DNA of 43,468 nucleotides, from IMG/VR virus record IMGVR_UViG_3300009702_000041, positions 1 to 43,468 of that record. One strand, written 5' to 3'. Below, piece after piece: positions 8,487-19,045 of the stretch (its first letter is position 1; the number at the start of each line of letters is the position of its first letter). Source of the DNA: a virus. Its lineage: Duplodnaviria; Caudoviricetes. Under the pieces are notes generated by a model. That model did not search any database. It was not told the DNA's origin and saw nothing but the letters and a program-made list of their open reading frames with translations. The translations under genes and the position numbers were made by a program.

Positions 8487-10043
8487 CTATAAAATCACAC
8501 GTCTAAATGTATTTTGGTTTAAAACAACATTTTCTATTCCTAATCCATTACGACCACCATATCCACAAGTATATAATTTTCCATCAGAAGTTACTAATGT
8601 AGAATAAAACTGATCAGCATATCCATGAGCACGAATATCAGTAACATTTGTTGGTTCATTGAATAAAATTGGTGTATATGTTGATGCATCAGTAGTACTT
8701 CCAATACCTAATTGACCTACATTATTTCTTCCAGCACCTACAAGAATACCATCTGATTGAAGTAACCATACACTACTTCTATAACTATATGTATTGGCAT
8801 CCTCTGATGTAAATATTTTATCTATTTGAGTGGTTGATTGATTAGGTATTCCATTATCAGTAAATGTACCATCACCTAATTGTCCATAAGGATTATAACC
8901 CCAACGAACAAATGTTCCATCAGTATTTTTGCAATATACAGTCATTGCACCTCCACCAAATGCATGTATTTCAGATACTGGTTTTGTTAATGTTACTTGT
9001 ACTGGGGTTGTTTGGTTAGCACCACCGATTGTGCCATTACCTAATTGTCCAAATTGGTTACCGCCTGCTGAATAAACATTACCATTGATATCTAAATATA
9101 TAAAAGAGGATACGGTATTTAGTGCTGTATCAAAATAACCACATGCACCATGTATATCTACAATATCAATTGCATTAGTTGTAAAAAATGTTATTTCTGT
9201 AAATACATTTGGTGAAGTTGTGTTACCTAATCCCAATTGCCCATATCCATTATATCCAGCAGCCCATAGTTTATTATTTGCTGTTTTTATAAACATGGCA
9301 CCATATGTAGATCCTAAAATCCAAACATTGGTGATTGGAGAACTACCAGGATCAGGAGTTACCAATTGAAAAAATGAATTCTGTTGTATCGTGTTACCCA
9401 ATCCTAATTGACCTTGATTATTATTTCCAGAAGCCCAATATTCGCCATTTGTTAATTTCACAACAATTGGCCAATCATTTACTGAATATGAAATTGCTTT
9501 ATTGTATATTATTTCAGAAACTGTGCCATTAAAAGTAGCTACTTTTTTTGGAGTAGATTGATTAGCGGTATCGCCATGCCCTAATGCTCCTGCACCACCA
9601 TAACCCCAACTATATAAATTGCCGGTTGACATTAAAGCAAATGATGCTTGAGATATTAATAATCCTTGAACCACATGCCCGGTTTCATCTACTGGAAAAT
9701 GCACTTCTTGTGGTAATTGGTAAGATGTAGTAGTTGTTCCAATACCTAATTCACCAGAGTCTTGATTTCCCCATACAAACATTTTGTTATCTTGAGTAAT
9801 AAGAGCACCACCTAAATGACTTTGTGGTGAACCTATTTTTAAAACTTGTTTAGATGCATCAAGAGCAGATACTTCCCAAGCTGTGCCATTATAAACATAA
9901 TTTCCAATAACACCATCAGTTTGATAAAATGCTTCTCCAATTTGTGGTGCAATTGAAGCTAAACGCTCTGCTTCCGTGCCATTTACGATTGTTAGGTTTT
10001 TAACGATTGATCCATTTAACAATGTTATTTTGTCATATATCAT
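8487..10043 (-). CDS. RCC1-repeat beta-propeller protein with fibre-type N-terminal module (paralogue C)
   Basis: Repeated G.N..GQLG.G blades; N-terminal GTEAERLA..P..GE.FYQTDG...YNG..W. Confidence 0.85.
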   Translation of the reverse strand: MIYDKITLLNGSIVKNLTIVNGTEAERLASIAPQIGEAFYQTDGVIGNYVYNGTAWEVSALDASKQVLKIGSPQSHLGGALITQDNKMFVWGNQDSGELGIGTTTTSYQLPQEVHFPVDETGHVVQGLLISQASFALMSTGNLYSWGYGGAGALGHGDTANQSTPKKVATFNGTVSEIIYNKAISYSVNDWPIVVKLTNGEYWASGNNNQGQLGLGNTIQQNSFFQLVTPDPGSSPITNVWILGSTYGAMFIKTANNKLWAAGYNGYGQLGLGNTTSPNVFTEITFFTTNAIDIVDIHGACGYFDTALNTVSSFIYLDINGNVYSAGGNQFGQLGNGTIGGANQTTPVQVTLTKPVSEIHAFGGGAMTVYCKNTDGTFVRWGYNPYGQLGDGTFTDNGIPNQSTTQIDKIFTSEDANTYSYRSSVWLLQSDGILVGAGRNNVGQLGIGSTTDASTYTPILFNEPTNVTDIRAHGYADQFYSTLVTSDGKLYTCGYGGRNGLGIENVVLNQNTFRRVIL

Positions 10044-10055
10044 TTATATTTCTCC

Positions 10056-11615
10056 TTAAATTATGATACGTTTGAATATGGTCTGGTTTCCAGCATTGTT
10101 TGTTATTCCTAACCCATGACGAGCACCATATCCACAGGTATATATATCTCCATCTGAGGTTAACAAAATAGCATATCTGCCACCAATTTCATATCCATTA
10201 CCTTGAATATCTAATATTTTGCTTGTTTCTTTAAATATCACATCAGTAAAGGATGTTAAATTTCCAACTATTCCAGTTCCACTTTCACCTGCACCATTCT
10301 GGCCAGCCGCTTTTAATGTATTATCTGCATATAATATGTATACGGTTGAATAAAAACCATATACATGAGCATCTCCGGTTGAAAATATTTTTGAAATTGC
10401 CGTAGCATCTTGATTTGGTGTTCCATTACTAGTAAGTGTACCATCGCCTAATTGGCCAAGGGCATTATATCCCCAACGAACAAATGTTCCATCAGTATTT
10501 TTACAATATACCGTCATTGGGCCACCACCAAATGCATGTATTTCAGATACTGGTTTTGTTAATGTTACTTGTGTAGGAGTTAACGTATTACTACCACCAA
10601 GTGTGCCATTACCTAATTGTCCCCAATCATTATTTCCGGTTGAATAAACATTACCATTGGTGTCTAAAAATATAGTAGCTCCATTAGTAACAGCAGAAGT
10701 TGTAAAATATCCATATCCACCTTGTATATCCACGATATCTATTGTATTGGTTGTGAAATATGTTACTTCAGCTAAAGTGCTATTTGTGGCGGTACTAACT
10801 CCAGTTCCGAGTTGTCCATGAGTACCAAAACCAGCAGCCCAAATTTTGTTATTAGCTGTTTTTATAAAAATAGAACCATACGTAGATCCTAAAATCCAAA
10901 CATTTGTAATTGGAGAAGATCCAGGATCAGGAGAAACTATTTGAAAAAATGAATTTTGTTGCGTAGTATTACCTGTTCCCAGTCCTCCAAAACCATTATA
11001 CCCACAAGCCCAATATTCACCATTTGTTAACTTCACTATTGTTATTCTTTGATCTGTTGCATAGCCATTAATTTTAGGTTTAACAAATTCAGAAACTGTA
11101 CCATTAAATGTTGAGACTTTCGTAGGTATATGTTTATTTACTGTGTCACCGTGTCCCAAATTACCAAATCCACCAAAACCCCAACTATATAAATTACCTG
11201 TTGATGATATAGCATATCCTTGCTGACCAATTAACATAGCATCAACAATTGTTCCGCTTTCATCAGATGGCAAGACAACCTCTTGTGGTGTAAGAAAAGA
11301 TACTGTATTACCTAATCCAAGATCACACTGAGGTGAATCACCCCAAACCATTAATCTACCATCATTTGTTAGAAATCCATTACCATTATAACTATTAATC
11401 GTAGCAAGAGAACCGGCAGTTTTAGATGTATCCGGTCCAGGAAATTCCCATTTAGAACCATTATGAACATATTTACCAATAGTTCCATCAGTTTGATAAA
11501 AGATTTCTCCAGCACTTGGAGATGTTAAAGCTAAACGTTCTGCTTCTGTTCCTGAGTCAACGGTCAAATTTTTAAAATCAGCACCATCGATCATTTTTAA
11601 TCCATCATATAACAT
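10056..11615 (-). CDS. RCC1-repeat protein (paralogue B)
   Basis: Same architecture, colinear with paralogues A and C. Confidence 0.85.
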   Translation of the reverse strand: MLYDGLKMIDGADFKNLTVDSGTEAERLALTSPSAGEIFYQTDGTIGKYVHNGSKWEFPGPDTSKTAGSLATINSYNGNGFLTNDGRLMVWGDSPQCDLGLGNTVSFLTPQEVVLPSDESGTIVDAMLIGQQGYAISSTGNLYSWGFGGFGNLGHGDTVNKHIPTKVSTFNGTVSEFVKPKINGYATDQRITIVKLTNGEYWACGYNGFGGLGTGNTTQQNSFFQIVSPDPGSSPITNVWILGSTYGSIFIKTANNKIWAAGFGTHGQLGTGVSTATNSTLAEVTYFTTNTIDIVDIQGGYGYFTTSAVTNGATIFLDTNGNVYSTGNNDWGQLGNGTLGGSNTLTPTQVTLTKPVSEIHAFGGGPMTVYCKNTDGTFVRWGYNALGQLGDGTLTSNGTPNQDATAISKIFSTGDAHVYGFYSTVYILYADNTLKAAGQNGAGESGTGIVGNLTSFTDVIFKETSKILDIQGNGYEIGGRYAILLTSDGDIYTCGYGARHGLGITNNAGNQTIFKRIII

Positions 11616-11627
11616 AGTAATATATCC

Positions 11628-12077
11628 TTATACAGTAGCCCATATAGTTTCTTGTGCTCTACCTGCCAATACAAGAGCTTCTTTTAATTCTTCACGAGTT
11701 ACAGTTAGCATGGTATTATCAGCCATTTTCCATTGAATAGTTTCTGTTGGATTTAAACCAGTTACTGCTCGTGCCATGCGAGTTTGAGCATCTTCATTTC
11801 CTTGAAATGTATTACCAGCGGCAGTTGTAACAGTTATTTGAGTAACATCAAAATCACGTTGACGTTTTGCTATGGCATAGTTAACTGCTGTTGCCGTGGC
11901 ACTATCATTATCCATTGATAGATCAATAAAGTTAATACCATTGTTAGCTAACCAATCTTGTATTTCTGCATTTGTTTTTAAAAGATGATCTAATGTACCA
12001 CTTTTAAATGTGTTATCGTCATTTTTTAAAATTACATAATCTCTTTTGTCATCAAGCCATTTTACATATACTATCAT
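11628..12077 (-). CDS. DUF4376-like tail fibre assembly/chaperone protein
   Basis: FQGNEDAQTRMARA...WKMADN...T.EELKEAL motif. Confidence 0.7.
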   Translation of the reverse strand: MIVYVKWLDDKRDYVILKNDDNTFKSGTLDHLLKTNAEIQDWLANNGINFIDLSMDNDSATATAVNYAIAKRQRDFDVTQITVTTAAGNTFQGNEDAQTRMARAVTGLNPTETIQWKMADNTMLTVTREELKEALVLAGRAQETIWATV

Positions 12078-12102
12078 TTTTATTTTCCTTAAGTTGAGGT
12101 TA

Positions 12103-13662
12103 TTAAATCAGTATTCTTCTGAATGTTGTTTGAAACGCGGTGCTACCAGCTATGCCAAGAGCACGAAATTGTCCATATCCACAAGTATAAATTTTCCCTT
12201 CACTTGTCAATAATGTAATACTACTTCCATCATTACCTGATCCATTTCTACGTATATCTATAATTTTTGATGAATCATTAAAAAATATTGGTTGAAATGT
12301 TAATGAATCAGTATTAGTTCCGATACCCAACTGTCCGATTGCATTTCTTCCAGTGGCCATAAGAATACCATCTGATTGTAAAATCCAAATCGAAGTTAGA
12401 TAAGAAAATGTATCCATAGCACCCGTATTAAATATTTTATCTATTTGGGTAGTTGATTGGATTGGTGTTCCACTACTAACAATGGTTCCATCAGCCAATT
12501 GTCCAAAGGCGTTGTATCCCCAACGAACGTATGTACCATCGGTGTTTTTACAATATACCGTCATCGGGCCACCACCACATGCATGTATTTCAGATACTGG
12601 TTTTGTTAATGTTACTTGTGCAGGTGTTAATGTATTAGCATTAAGCACTGTGCCATTACCCAATTGTCCAAATTGGTTATTACCTGTTGAATAAACATTA
12701 CCGGCATCATCTAAAAATATAGTAGCTCCATTAGTAATAGTGGTGGATGCAAAATATCCATAGCCGCCTTGTATATCCACTATATTTATGCCATTACTTG
12801 TAAAATATGTTACTTCTGTAAACACTTTTGTTAAAACTGTATGGCCCAATCCTAATGTACCATGGTTGTTATATCCGGTTGCCCAAATTTTGTTATTAGC
12901 GGTTTTTAACATTACCGCACCAAATGTGGTTCCTAAAACCCAAACATTTGTAATTGGTGAACCGCCTGGATCAGGAGAAACTATTTGAAAAAATGAATTT
13001 TGTTGCGTAATATTACCTGTTCCTAATTGACCAAAATGATTGGCTCCACAAGCCCAATATTCGCCATTTGTTAATTTTACTATTGTTGCCCGATCATTAA
13101 CACGTTGACCGTTTTCAATACCAAGTATCATTTCAGAAACTGTACCATTAAATGCTGCTACTTTTTTTGGAGTAGATTGATTAGCGGTATCGCCATGCCC
13201 TAATGTACCGGTGGAACCTCTACCCCAACTATATAAATTGCCAGTTGATGTTAATGCATATCCTTGTTGTGCTGTTAATGCCGCATTTACAATTGTTCCA
13301 GTTTCATTAAATGGTAATTGTACTTCTTGTGGTGTATCATATGTTTGGGTAGTAGTGCCTAATCCTAACTCACCATAGCCTTGTTGACCCCATGTATACA
13401 ATTTCCCGTTATTTGATAATGCAGAATTAGATTGATTTGCATTTATTGTTGTTAATTTAGATATGACACTACTTTGACTGCCTGAAATTATATTCCAATT
13501 TGTTCCATCATAACTATAATTACCGGCGGTACCATCAGTTTGATAAAATAATTCTCCAACTTGTGGAGAAACTAATGCCAAACGTTCAGCCTCAGTTCCA
13601 GGTTGAAGGGTCAAATTCTCTGCTTGAGATCCTTCTACGAATATAACACTATCATGAATCAT
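12103..13662 (-). CDS. RCC1-repeat protein (paralogue A)
   Basis: Same architecture; SD AAGGAG. Confidence 0.85.
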   Translation of the reverse strand: MIHDSVIFVEGSQAENLTLQPGTEAERLALVSPQVGELFYQTDGTAGNYSYDGTNWNIISGSQSSVISKLTTINANQSNSALSNNGKLYTWGQQGYGELGLGTTTQTYDTPQEVQLPFNETGTIVNAALTAQQGYALTSTGNLYSWGRGSTGTLGHGDTANQSTPKKVAAFNGTVSEMILGIENGQRVNDRATIVKLTNGEYWACGANHFGQLGTGNITQQNSFFQIVSPDPGGSPITNVWVLGTTFGAVMLKTANNKIWATGYNNHGTLGLGHTVLTKVFTEVTYFTSNGINIVDIQGGYGYFASTTITNGATIFLDDAGNVYSTGNNQFGQLGNGTVLNANTLTPAQVTLTKPVSEIHACGGGPMTVYCKNTDGTYVRWGYNAFGQLADGTIVSSGTPIQSTTQIDKIFNTGAMDTFSYLTSIWILQSDGILMATGRNAIGQLGIGTNTDSLTFQPIFFNDSSKIIDIRRNGSGNDGSSITLLTSEGKIYTCGYGQFRALGIAGSTAFQTTFRRILI

Positions 13663-13789
13663 GAATCTTTTCTCCTTGTGTTATTAAATTTATAATTGTA
13701 TTTATTAATATAATTAATATTTTTTATAAAAATTTTAACTTAATAATTTTTAAATATTAATGTAAATATTTTAAATATTCTTTAATTTG

Positions 13790-13798
13790 TGATATAAT
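13790..13798 (+). promoter_or_regulatory. Extended -10 promoter, probably giving a leaderless mRNA
   Basis: TGATATAAT followed by 7 nt then ATG at 13806; no SD. Confidence 0.5.
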
Positions 13799-13805
13799 TA
13801 AATTT

Positions 13806-14885
13806 ATGATAAATTATACTATTACTCAACCACAAAAAATGATTAATGATAATTTAATTGTTAAACATTTATCTGGTTCTAAATCTTATGGAACTGATAT
13901 TCCAGAATCTGATACCGATTATCGCGGAATATTTTATGCAAATAAAATAAATATTGTAACTCCATTTTTCCCAATTAAAGAGGTTATTGATTTTGATGAG
14001 GAAGATACTAAATTATATGAATTAACACATTTTTTAAAATTATGTGTTGATTGTAATCCTAATATTGTTGAATCTCTTTGGGTTGATCCATCTCATATTA
14101 TATTTAAAGATTCAAAAGGTATATATAAAAAACTTATAAAATATCGATCAGATTTTTTATCTACTAAAATAGCTCATACTTATTCAGGATATGCATTTGC
14201 ACAACTTAAAAGAATTAAAGGTCATAATAAATGGATAACTAATCCTCAATCAATTAATCCGCCAAGACAAATTGATTTTATTTCATTGGTACAAAATTTT
14301 ACTGATAAAAAAATATTTAAATTTAATTTAGAAGAATTAGAAAAATCATCTGTATCATATAGAATTATTCATTTAGGTAGTCAAATAAATGGAATATATG
14401 AATCTCCTGGATATTCATTATATGATAAAGATTTTACTTTAAATAATAGTGTTTATGATTCTAATAGTGGATTTTTAGAAAACAATATTCCAAAATATCT
14501 GGTTAAATATAATAAAGTAGAATATAATTTAGCATTAGAAAAATGGAAACAATATTGGGAATGGAAAAAAAATCGTAATGAAAAAAGATCAACATTAGAA
14601 GAACAATTTGGTTATGATACTAAACATGCTATGCATTTAATTAGACTTTTACGAACTGGGTATGAAGTATTAACAACTGGTAATATTAATGTATATAGAA
14701 AAGACCATGATGAATTATTAGCAATTAGAAATGGTTCCATGACATATGAAGAAATTATTAATTATGCCGATGATATGGATAAAAAAATTAAAAAAGTATA
14801 TAATAATTCAGTATTACCTAAAAAAGTTGATAAAATTAAAGTAGCTAATATATTAATAGAAATACAAGATTTGTGTTGGTCTTAA
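13806..14885 (+). CDS. DNA polymerase beta-superfamily nucleotidyltransferase (RlaP/Nuc-transf-like)
   Basis: GSKSYG...SDTDYRG motif, CNPNIVE, YDTKHAMHLIRLL. Confidence 0.85.
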   Translation: MINYTITQPQKMINDNLIVKHLSGSKSYGTDIPESDTDYRGIFYANKINIVTPFFPIKEVIDFDEEDTKLYELTHFLKLCVDCNPNIVESLWVDPSHIIFKDSKGIYKKLIKYRSDFLSTKIAHTYSGYAFAQLKRIKGHNKWITNPQSINPPRQIDFISLVQNFTDKKIFKFNLEELEKSSVSYRIIHLGSQINGIYESPGYSLYDKDFTLNNSVYDSNSGFLENNIPKYLVKYNKVEYNLALEKWKQYWEWKKNRNEKRSTLEEQFGYDTKHAMHLIRLLRTGYEVLTTGNINVYRKDHDELLAIRNGSMTYEEIINYADDMDKKIKKVYNNSVLPKKVDKIKVANILIEIQDLCWS

Positions 14886-14886
14886 A

Positions 14887-15345
14887 ATGTCATTAATTTA
14901 CCAAGTTTTAGGGAAATTAGAAAATATTCCGAAAATTTTAAAAATATATGATGAATATTTGATAGATGCAGAATCAGATTTATCATTAGTTGGAAAATCA
15001 TTAGAAGAAGCATGTAAAGAACATGCTTCTTTACAAAGTTATTATTACGAAAAATTATGTGAATTAAAAATTTTGTTAAAATATGTAGAATCCCAATTAG
15101 ATAAAACTAAAGGTGAATTATATAAAAAATATACAGAAAATTATAGTATTAAATTAGCAACAACAGAAAAAATAAATTATATTAAGATGGAACCTAAATA
15201 TATTTCTATGAATTGCATATATTTAGAAGTAGAAGAAATATTTGAAAAATTTAAAGCAATTGTAGAATCATTTAATAGTCGTGGATATATGTTAAATAAC
15301 ATAACAAAAGCAAGAATTGCCCAAATAGAAAGCACAATTATATAA
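14887..15345 (+). CDS. uvsY: UvsY-like recombination mediator
   Basis: 152-aa helical protein ending SRGYMLNNITKARIA, directly upstream of UvsW. Confidence 0.65.
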   Translation: MSLIYQVLGKLENIPKILKIYDEYLIDAESDLSLVGKSLEEACKEHASLQSYYYEKLCELKILLKYVESQLDKTKGELYKKYTENYSIKLATTEKINYIKMEPKYISMNCIYLEVEEIFEKFKAIVESFNSRGYMLNNITKARIAQIESTII

Positions 15346-15362
15346 AAATAAAAATAATTCAA

Positions 15363-16859
15363 TTGTCAAATCAATGCATTATCACATTAACTTCACAAGT
15401 TAATTGTACTTTATCAGGTTTATCCCCAACTATTCGAGAATATTTTTATGAAAAATTCGAATATGAAGTTCCTGGCGCTAGATTTTCAGCTAAAGTACAA
15501 TTAGGAATATGGAATGGAAAAATTTCATATTTTAAAAAAAATGGTGAAACTAATATAAATCTTCTTAAAAATATAGTTCCAGATTTAAAAGAATTAGGAT
15601 ATTCAATTAAACTTGTAGATAAAAGATTAAAATCAAAAACCAATTTTGACCCAATTAAAGAAGATTATTTTTCTCCATTATCTGTTCCAAATCGCCCAGA
15701 TTTACCGGCAATTCTTAGAGATTATCAAATAAAATCTATTAATTCACTGTTAGCAAAAACACAAGGATTAGTCATAGCAGGAACTGGCGCAGGAAAGACC
15801 ATGATCACTGCTGCTCTTTGTTCTGTATTTAATCACAATAATCTTAAAGGAATAATTATTGTTCCCTCTACGTCATTAGTTAAGCAAACAAGAGAATATT
15901 TAGAATTATTAAAATTAGATATTGGTGAATTTTCTGGAAAAAGAAAAGATATTGATCATATGACTGTCGTTTCAACTTGGCAAGCATTACAAAATACTCC
16001 AATAATTATTAAACAATTTCAAATGGTTTTGGCAGATGAATGCCATTTGGTAAAAGGTAACATTTTACAATCTATATTAGGAAATTATGGTGAACATATT
16101 ATTTATAGATATGGATTAACTGCAACATTACCAAAAGAAGATATTCATAGAATTGCTATTCATAATATGTTAGGTAACATTTTATATGAAATACCATCAC
16201 ATGAATTAATAGCATTAGGCCATTTAGCAAAAATTGAAATATCAATTATCCAAATAGAAGCCGATTTAAATGAACAATATCAAACATATATAGAAAATTG
16301 TTTTGATAAACCAGATTCATATGCAAAATTTAAAAATACATATTTTCCTGATTATAATGCTGAAAAGCAATATTTAAAATCTAATATTGGTAGATTAAAT
16401 ATTGTAGCAGATAAATTGATAGAATTATCATTAAAAGGAAAAGGTAATACTTTAGCATTAGTTGAGGGTATAGCTTTTGGTAAAAAATTATTAAAAATAA
16501 TTCAAGCAAAAATAGATATTGAGCATGTTTATTTTCTTCATGGAAATGATGAAGTAGAAATTCGGGCTGAAGTATATAGTTTATTTGAAAATAATAATAA
16601 TATTATAGTTATTGCAACTGTTAATATAGCATCAGTTGGTATTGATATTTCTAGAGTATTTAATTTAGCTTTAATAGATATAGGCAAATCATTTATACGT
16701 GTATTACAATCTATTGGGAGAGGTTTACGAAAAGGACAAGATAAACAACAAATTAATGTATTTGATATTTGTTCAGATTTAAAATATGCAAGAAGACATT
16801 TATCACAAAGAATTAAATTTTATAAAGAGGCAAAATATCCTTATCAAAAAATAAAATAA
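15363..16859 (+). CDS. uvsW: UvsW-like superfamily 2 helicase
   Basis: LRDYQ, GTGAGKT, DECH, GLTAT and LQSIGRGLRK motifs; TTG start. Confidence 0.9.
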   Translation: MSNQCIITLTSQVNCTLSGLSPTIREYFYEKFEYEVPGARFSAKVQLGIWNGKISYFKKNGETNINLLKNIVPDLKELGYSIKLVDKRLKSKTNFDPIKEDYFSPLSVPNRPDLPAILRDYQIKSINSLLAKTQGLVIAGTGAGKTMITAALCSVFNHNNLKGIIIVPSTSLVKQTREYLELLKLDIGEFSGKRKDIDHMTVVSTWQALQNTPIIIKQFQMVLADECHLVKGNILQSILGNYGEHIIYRYGLTATLPKEDIHRIAIHNMLGNILYEIPSHELIALGHLAKIEISIIQIEADLNEQYQTYIENCFDKPDSYAKFKNTYFPDYNAEKQYLKSNIGRLNIVADKLIELSLKGKGNTLALVEGIAFGKKLLKIIQAKIDIEHVYFLHGNDEVEIRAEVYSLFENNNNIIVIATVNIASVGIDISRVFNLALIDIGKSFIRVLQSIGRGLRKGQDKQQINVFDICSDLKYARRHLSQRIKFYKEAKYPYQKIK

Positions 16860-16868
16860 AATAATAAA

Positions 16869-16876
16869 TATAAATA
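16869..16876 (+). promoter_or_regulatory. T4-type late promoter
   Basis: TATAAATA upstream of the tail-collar gene. Confidence 0.6.
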
Positions 16877-16903
16877 TGGAAATAATATATAAAAGGGATT
16901 TAT

Positions 16904-17410
16904 ATGACAACACAGATAAAAGATTTTCAAATAAGTGGTGGAATTATTCCAACCGGTGCGGTAATTGTTATTACTACATCTGTAGTTCCAAATATTTTTT
17001 TTGAATGCGATGGCTCTGCAGTTAGTAGAACTGTATATGCAAATTTATTTGCAGAAATAGGGACATTATATGGAGTTGGAGATGGTTCTACAACATTTAA
17101 TTTACCAGATTATAGAAGTGAATTTTTACGTGGTTGGGACAACGGGAAAGGCATCGATATTGGTCGAGCTATAGCTTCAGGTCAACTTGATGCATTACAA
17201 AATATTACCGGTTTTGTTGGTGTAGATTATGGTGCGGTACAATCTGCATCTGGAGCATTTTCTGGTCCAATATCTTCCGCAGGTACTAATGCAAATGGTG
17301 GTACTATAACTGTAGGCCGTAATTTTGATTTTGATGCATCTCGTGTTGCACGAACTTCAACTGAAACAAGACCAAGAAATAAAGCTGTAATGTTTTGTAT
17401 AAAATATTGA
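16904..17410 (+). CDS. Phage tail collar domain protein
   Basis: CDGSAVSRTVYANLFA.IG..YG.GDGSTTFNLPD.R..FLRG...ETRPRN.A...CIKY. Confidence 0.9.
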   Translation: MTTQIKDFQISGGIIPTGAVIVITTSVVPNIFFECDGSAVSRTVYANLFAEIGTLYGVGDGSTTFNLPDYRSEFLRGWDNGKGIDIGRAIASGQLDALQNITGFVGVDYGAVQSASGAFSGPISSAGTNANGGTITVGRNFDFDASRVARTSTETRPRNKAVMFCIKY

Positions 17411-17411
17411 T

Positions 17412-17987
17412 ATGAATAAAATTATATTAATAAATTTGATAATTACATTAATTTCTTGTAATAATGTACAATCAAAAAAAATCCAAAATATTGAAAAACC
17501 TAAAATTATTAAAGTTGAAAAGATCAAAAATGTTGTAAAAATAAATCCCAATGATTTTTTAAAAATACTTAATAATTATAGAAAAACATTTAATTTAAGT
17601 CAATTAGTTATTGATAATGAATTAACCAAAAGAGCATGTAATCATAATAATTATATGATTAATAAGAGAAAATTAAGTCATGATGGATTTAAAGAAGTTC
17701 GTATGAAAGGTTATTGGTCTTGTATGGAAAATGTTGCAGCTGGACCGACAACTCCTGAAGATGTATTTATTGCATGGAAAAATAGTCCAGGACATAATAA
17801 AAATATGAAAAAACCTGAATTATATCTTCATGGATTATGTTATACAAAACCGTATTGGACATCAATTGGATGTAGAAAAGATCAATTTGCACCTGGAGAA
17901 AAAGGTAAAAAAGATAAAGAATTATGGTTAAAAGAAATGAAATCAAAGCATATTATTAAACCTAAATATACTTTTATTAAACCATAA
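17412..17987 (+). CDS. CAP/SCP-domain putative lipoprotein
   Basis: Signal peptide with LISC lipobox; N.YR, H..YM...SH, ENVA, W.NSPGH..NM motifs. Confidence 0.85.
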   Translation: MNKIILINLIITLISCNNVQSKKIQNIEKPKIIKVEKIKNVVKINPNDFLKILNNYRKTFNLSQLVIDNELTKRACNHNNYMINKRKLSHDGFKEVRMKGYWSCMENVAAGPTTPEDVFIAWKNSPGHNKNMKKPELYLHGLCYTKPYWTSIGCRKDQFAPGEKGKKDKELWLKEMKSKHIIKPKYTFIKP

Positions 17988-17988
17988 C

Positions 17989-18014
17989 AAAAAGGGCTTA
18001 AAAAGCCCTTTTTT
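17989..18014. terminator. Bidirectional intrinsic terminator
   Basis: AAAAAGGGCTT-AAA-AAGCCCTTTTT between converging genes. Confidence 0.85.
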
Positions 18015-18081
18015 ATCGAAATTATTAAATATTTAGTGTAAAAATTTTTAAATAAAAATATGATAATTGTATCACCTCCTA

Positions 18082-18714
18082 TTATTTTTTAGCAAATAGA
18101 CCTTCATTCAAAAATTTAATAATTTCTTTCTTTAAATATTTTTGTGCAGCTGAATCTTGCGATACTTGTTCAGATAATGATAAAATTTGTTCACCATTTC
18201 TGCTCATTTGTAAAGATTCAAATACAGATTTTGGCATTGCACCAGGAGCAGATGGAGTTGCAACAATATCAACTGTAACAAAATTAAATCCGTTAACTTT
18301 TCCTTCAACTACATTACCAGCACCACGACTTGATACACCTAAAAGAACACCTGCTTGTAATAATTGTTTTGCTATTAAACCTGATGGTGTTTCTAACAAT
18401 TTAGCTTTACCTATAACATTATTACCATTCATTGATAATTCTGTAATAACATGCGATACTCTATCTAAATTAATATTAAGTGTATTTGGATGATCTAATT
18501 CACCTAAAATTCCATTTGTTTCAACAATTTTTTGTTTTGCCGCATGCATTTGATTAGTCATTTCAGTAATATCATATATGCGACCATTTCTGTTTTTAAT
18601 TCCGGCTTGCATAAATATTCCAGATAAAAACATATTTTTTCCATCTTGAATTGATTCTGCAATTAATCCGGATTCATCGGCTGTTAATTGTTCTATTAAA
18701 ATTTCCGTTGCCAT
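18082..18714 (-). CDS. gp21: Prohead core protease (T4 gp21-like)
   Basis: GIFMQA..KNRNGRIY, GELDHP, GVSSRG.G, DIVATPSAP. Confidence 0.95.
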   Translation of the reverse strand: MATEILIEQLTADESGLIAESIQDGKNMFLSGIFMQAGIKNRNGRIYDITEMTNQMHAAKQKIVETNGILGELDHPNTLNINLDRVSHVITELSMNGNNVIGKAKLLETPSGLIAKQLLQAGVLLGVSSRGAGNVVEGKVNGFNFVTVDIVATPSAPGAMPKSVFESLQMSRNGEQILSLSEQVSQDSAAQKYLKKEIIKFLNEGLFAKK

Positions 18715-18730
18715 ATTATTTCCTTATAAT

Positions 18731-19045
18731 TTATTCAGAATCTTTTTTCATGTCTTCATCATCATCTTTTTCTATGTCTTCATCATCATCTTTTTTCATG
18801 TCTTCATCATCATCTTTTTTCATGTCTTCATCATCATCACATGTACAATGTTTAGATTTTTCCATGTCTTCATAATCATCATCATCTTTTTTCATATCAT
18901 AATCATCATCATCCATTTCTTTAATACCAACTTCTTCTCGAATAGAAGAATTTAAATAAGTATGAAATTGTTCAGTCGCTATTTCTATATCATCATTAAT
19001 TAATGATTCAACAACTAAATGTAATGTTTTTTGTTTTGCTTTCAT
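18731..19045 (-). CDS. Small acidic prohead-core-like protein (gp67/68 position)
   Basis: Upstream of the protease; helical N-terminus with an Asp-rich DDDEDMKK repeat tail. Confidence 0.55.
   Translation of the reverse strand: MKAKQKTLHLVVESLINDDIEIATEQFHTYLNSSIREEVGIKEMDDDDYDMKKDDDDYEDMEKSKHCTCDDDEDMKKDDDEDMKKDDDEDIEKDDDEDMKKDSE
18741..18836. repeat. Four tandem 24-nt coding repeats
   Basis: tcttttttcatgtcttcatcatca x4 (one variant), encoding DDDEDMKK. Confidence 0.9.
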
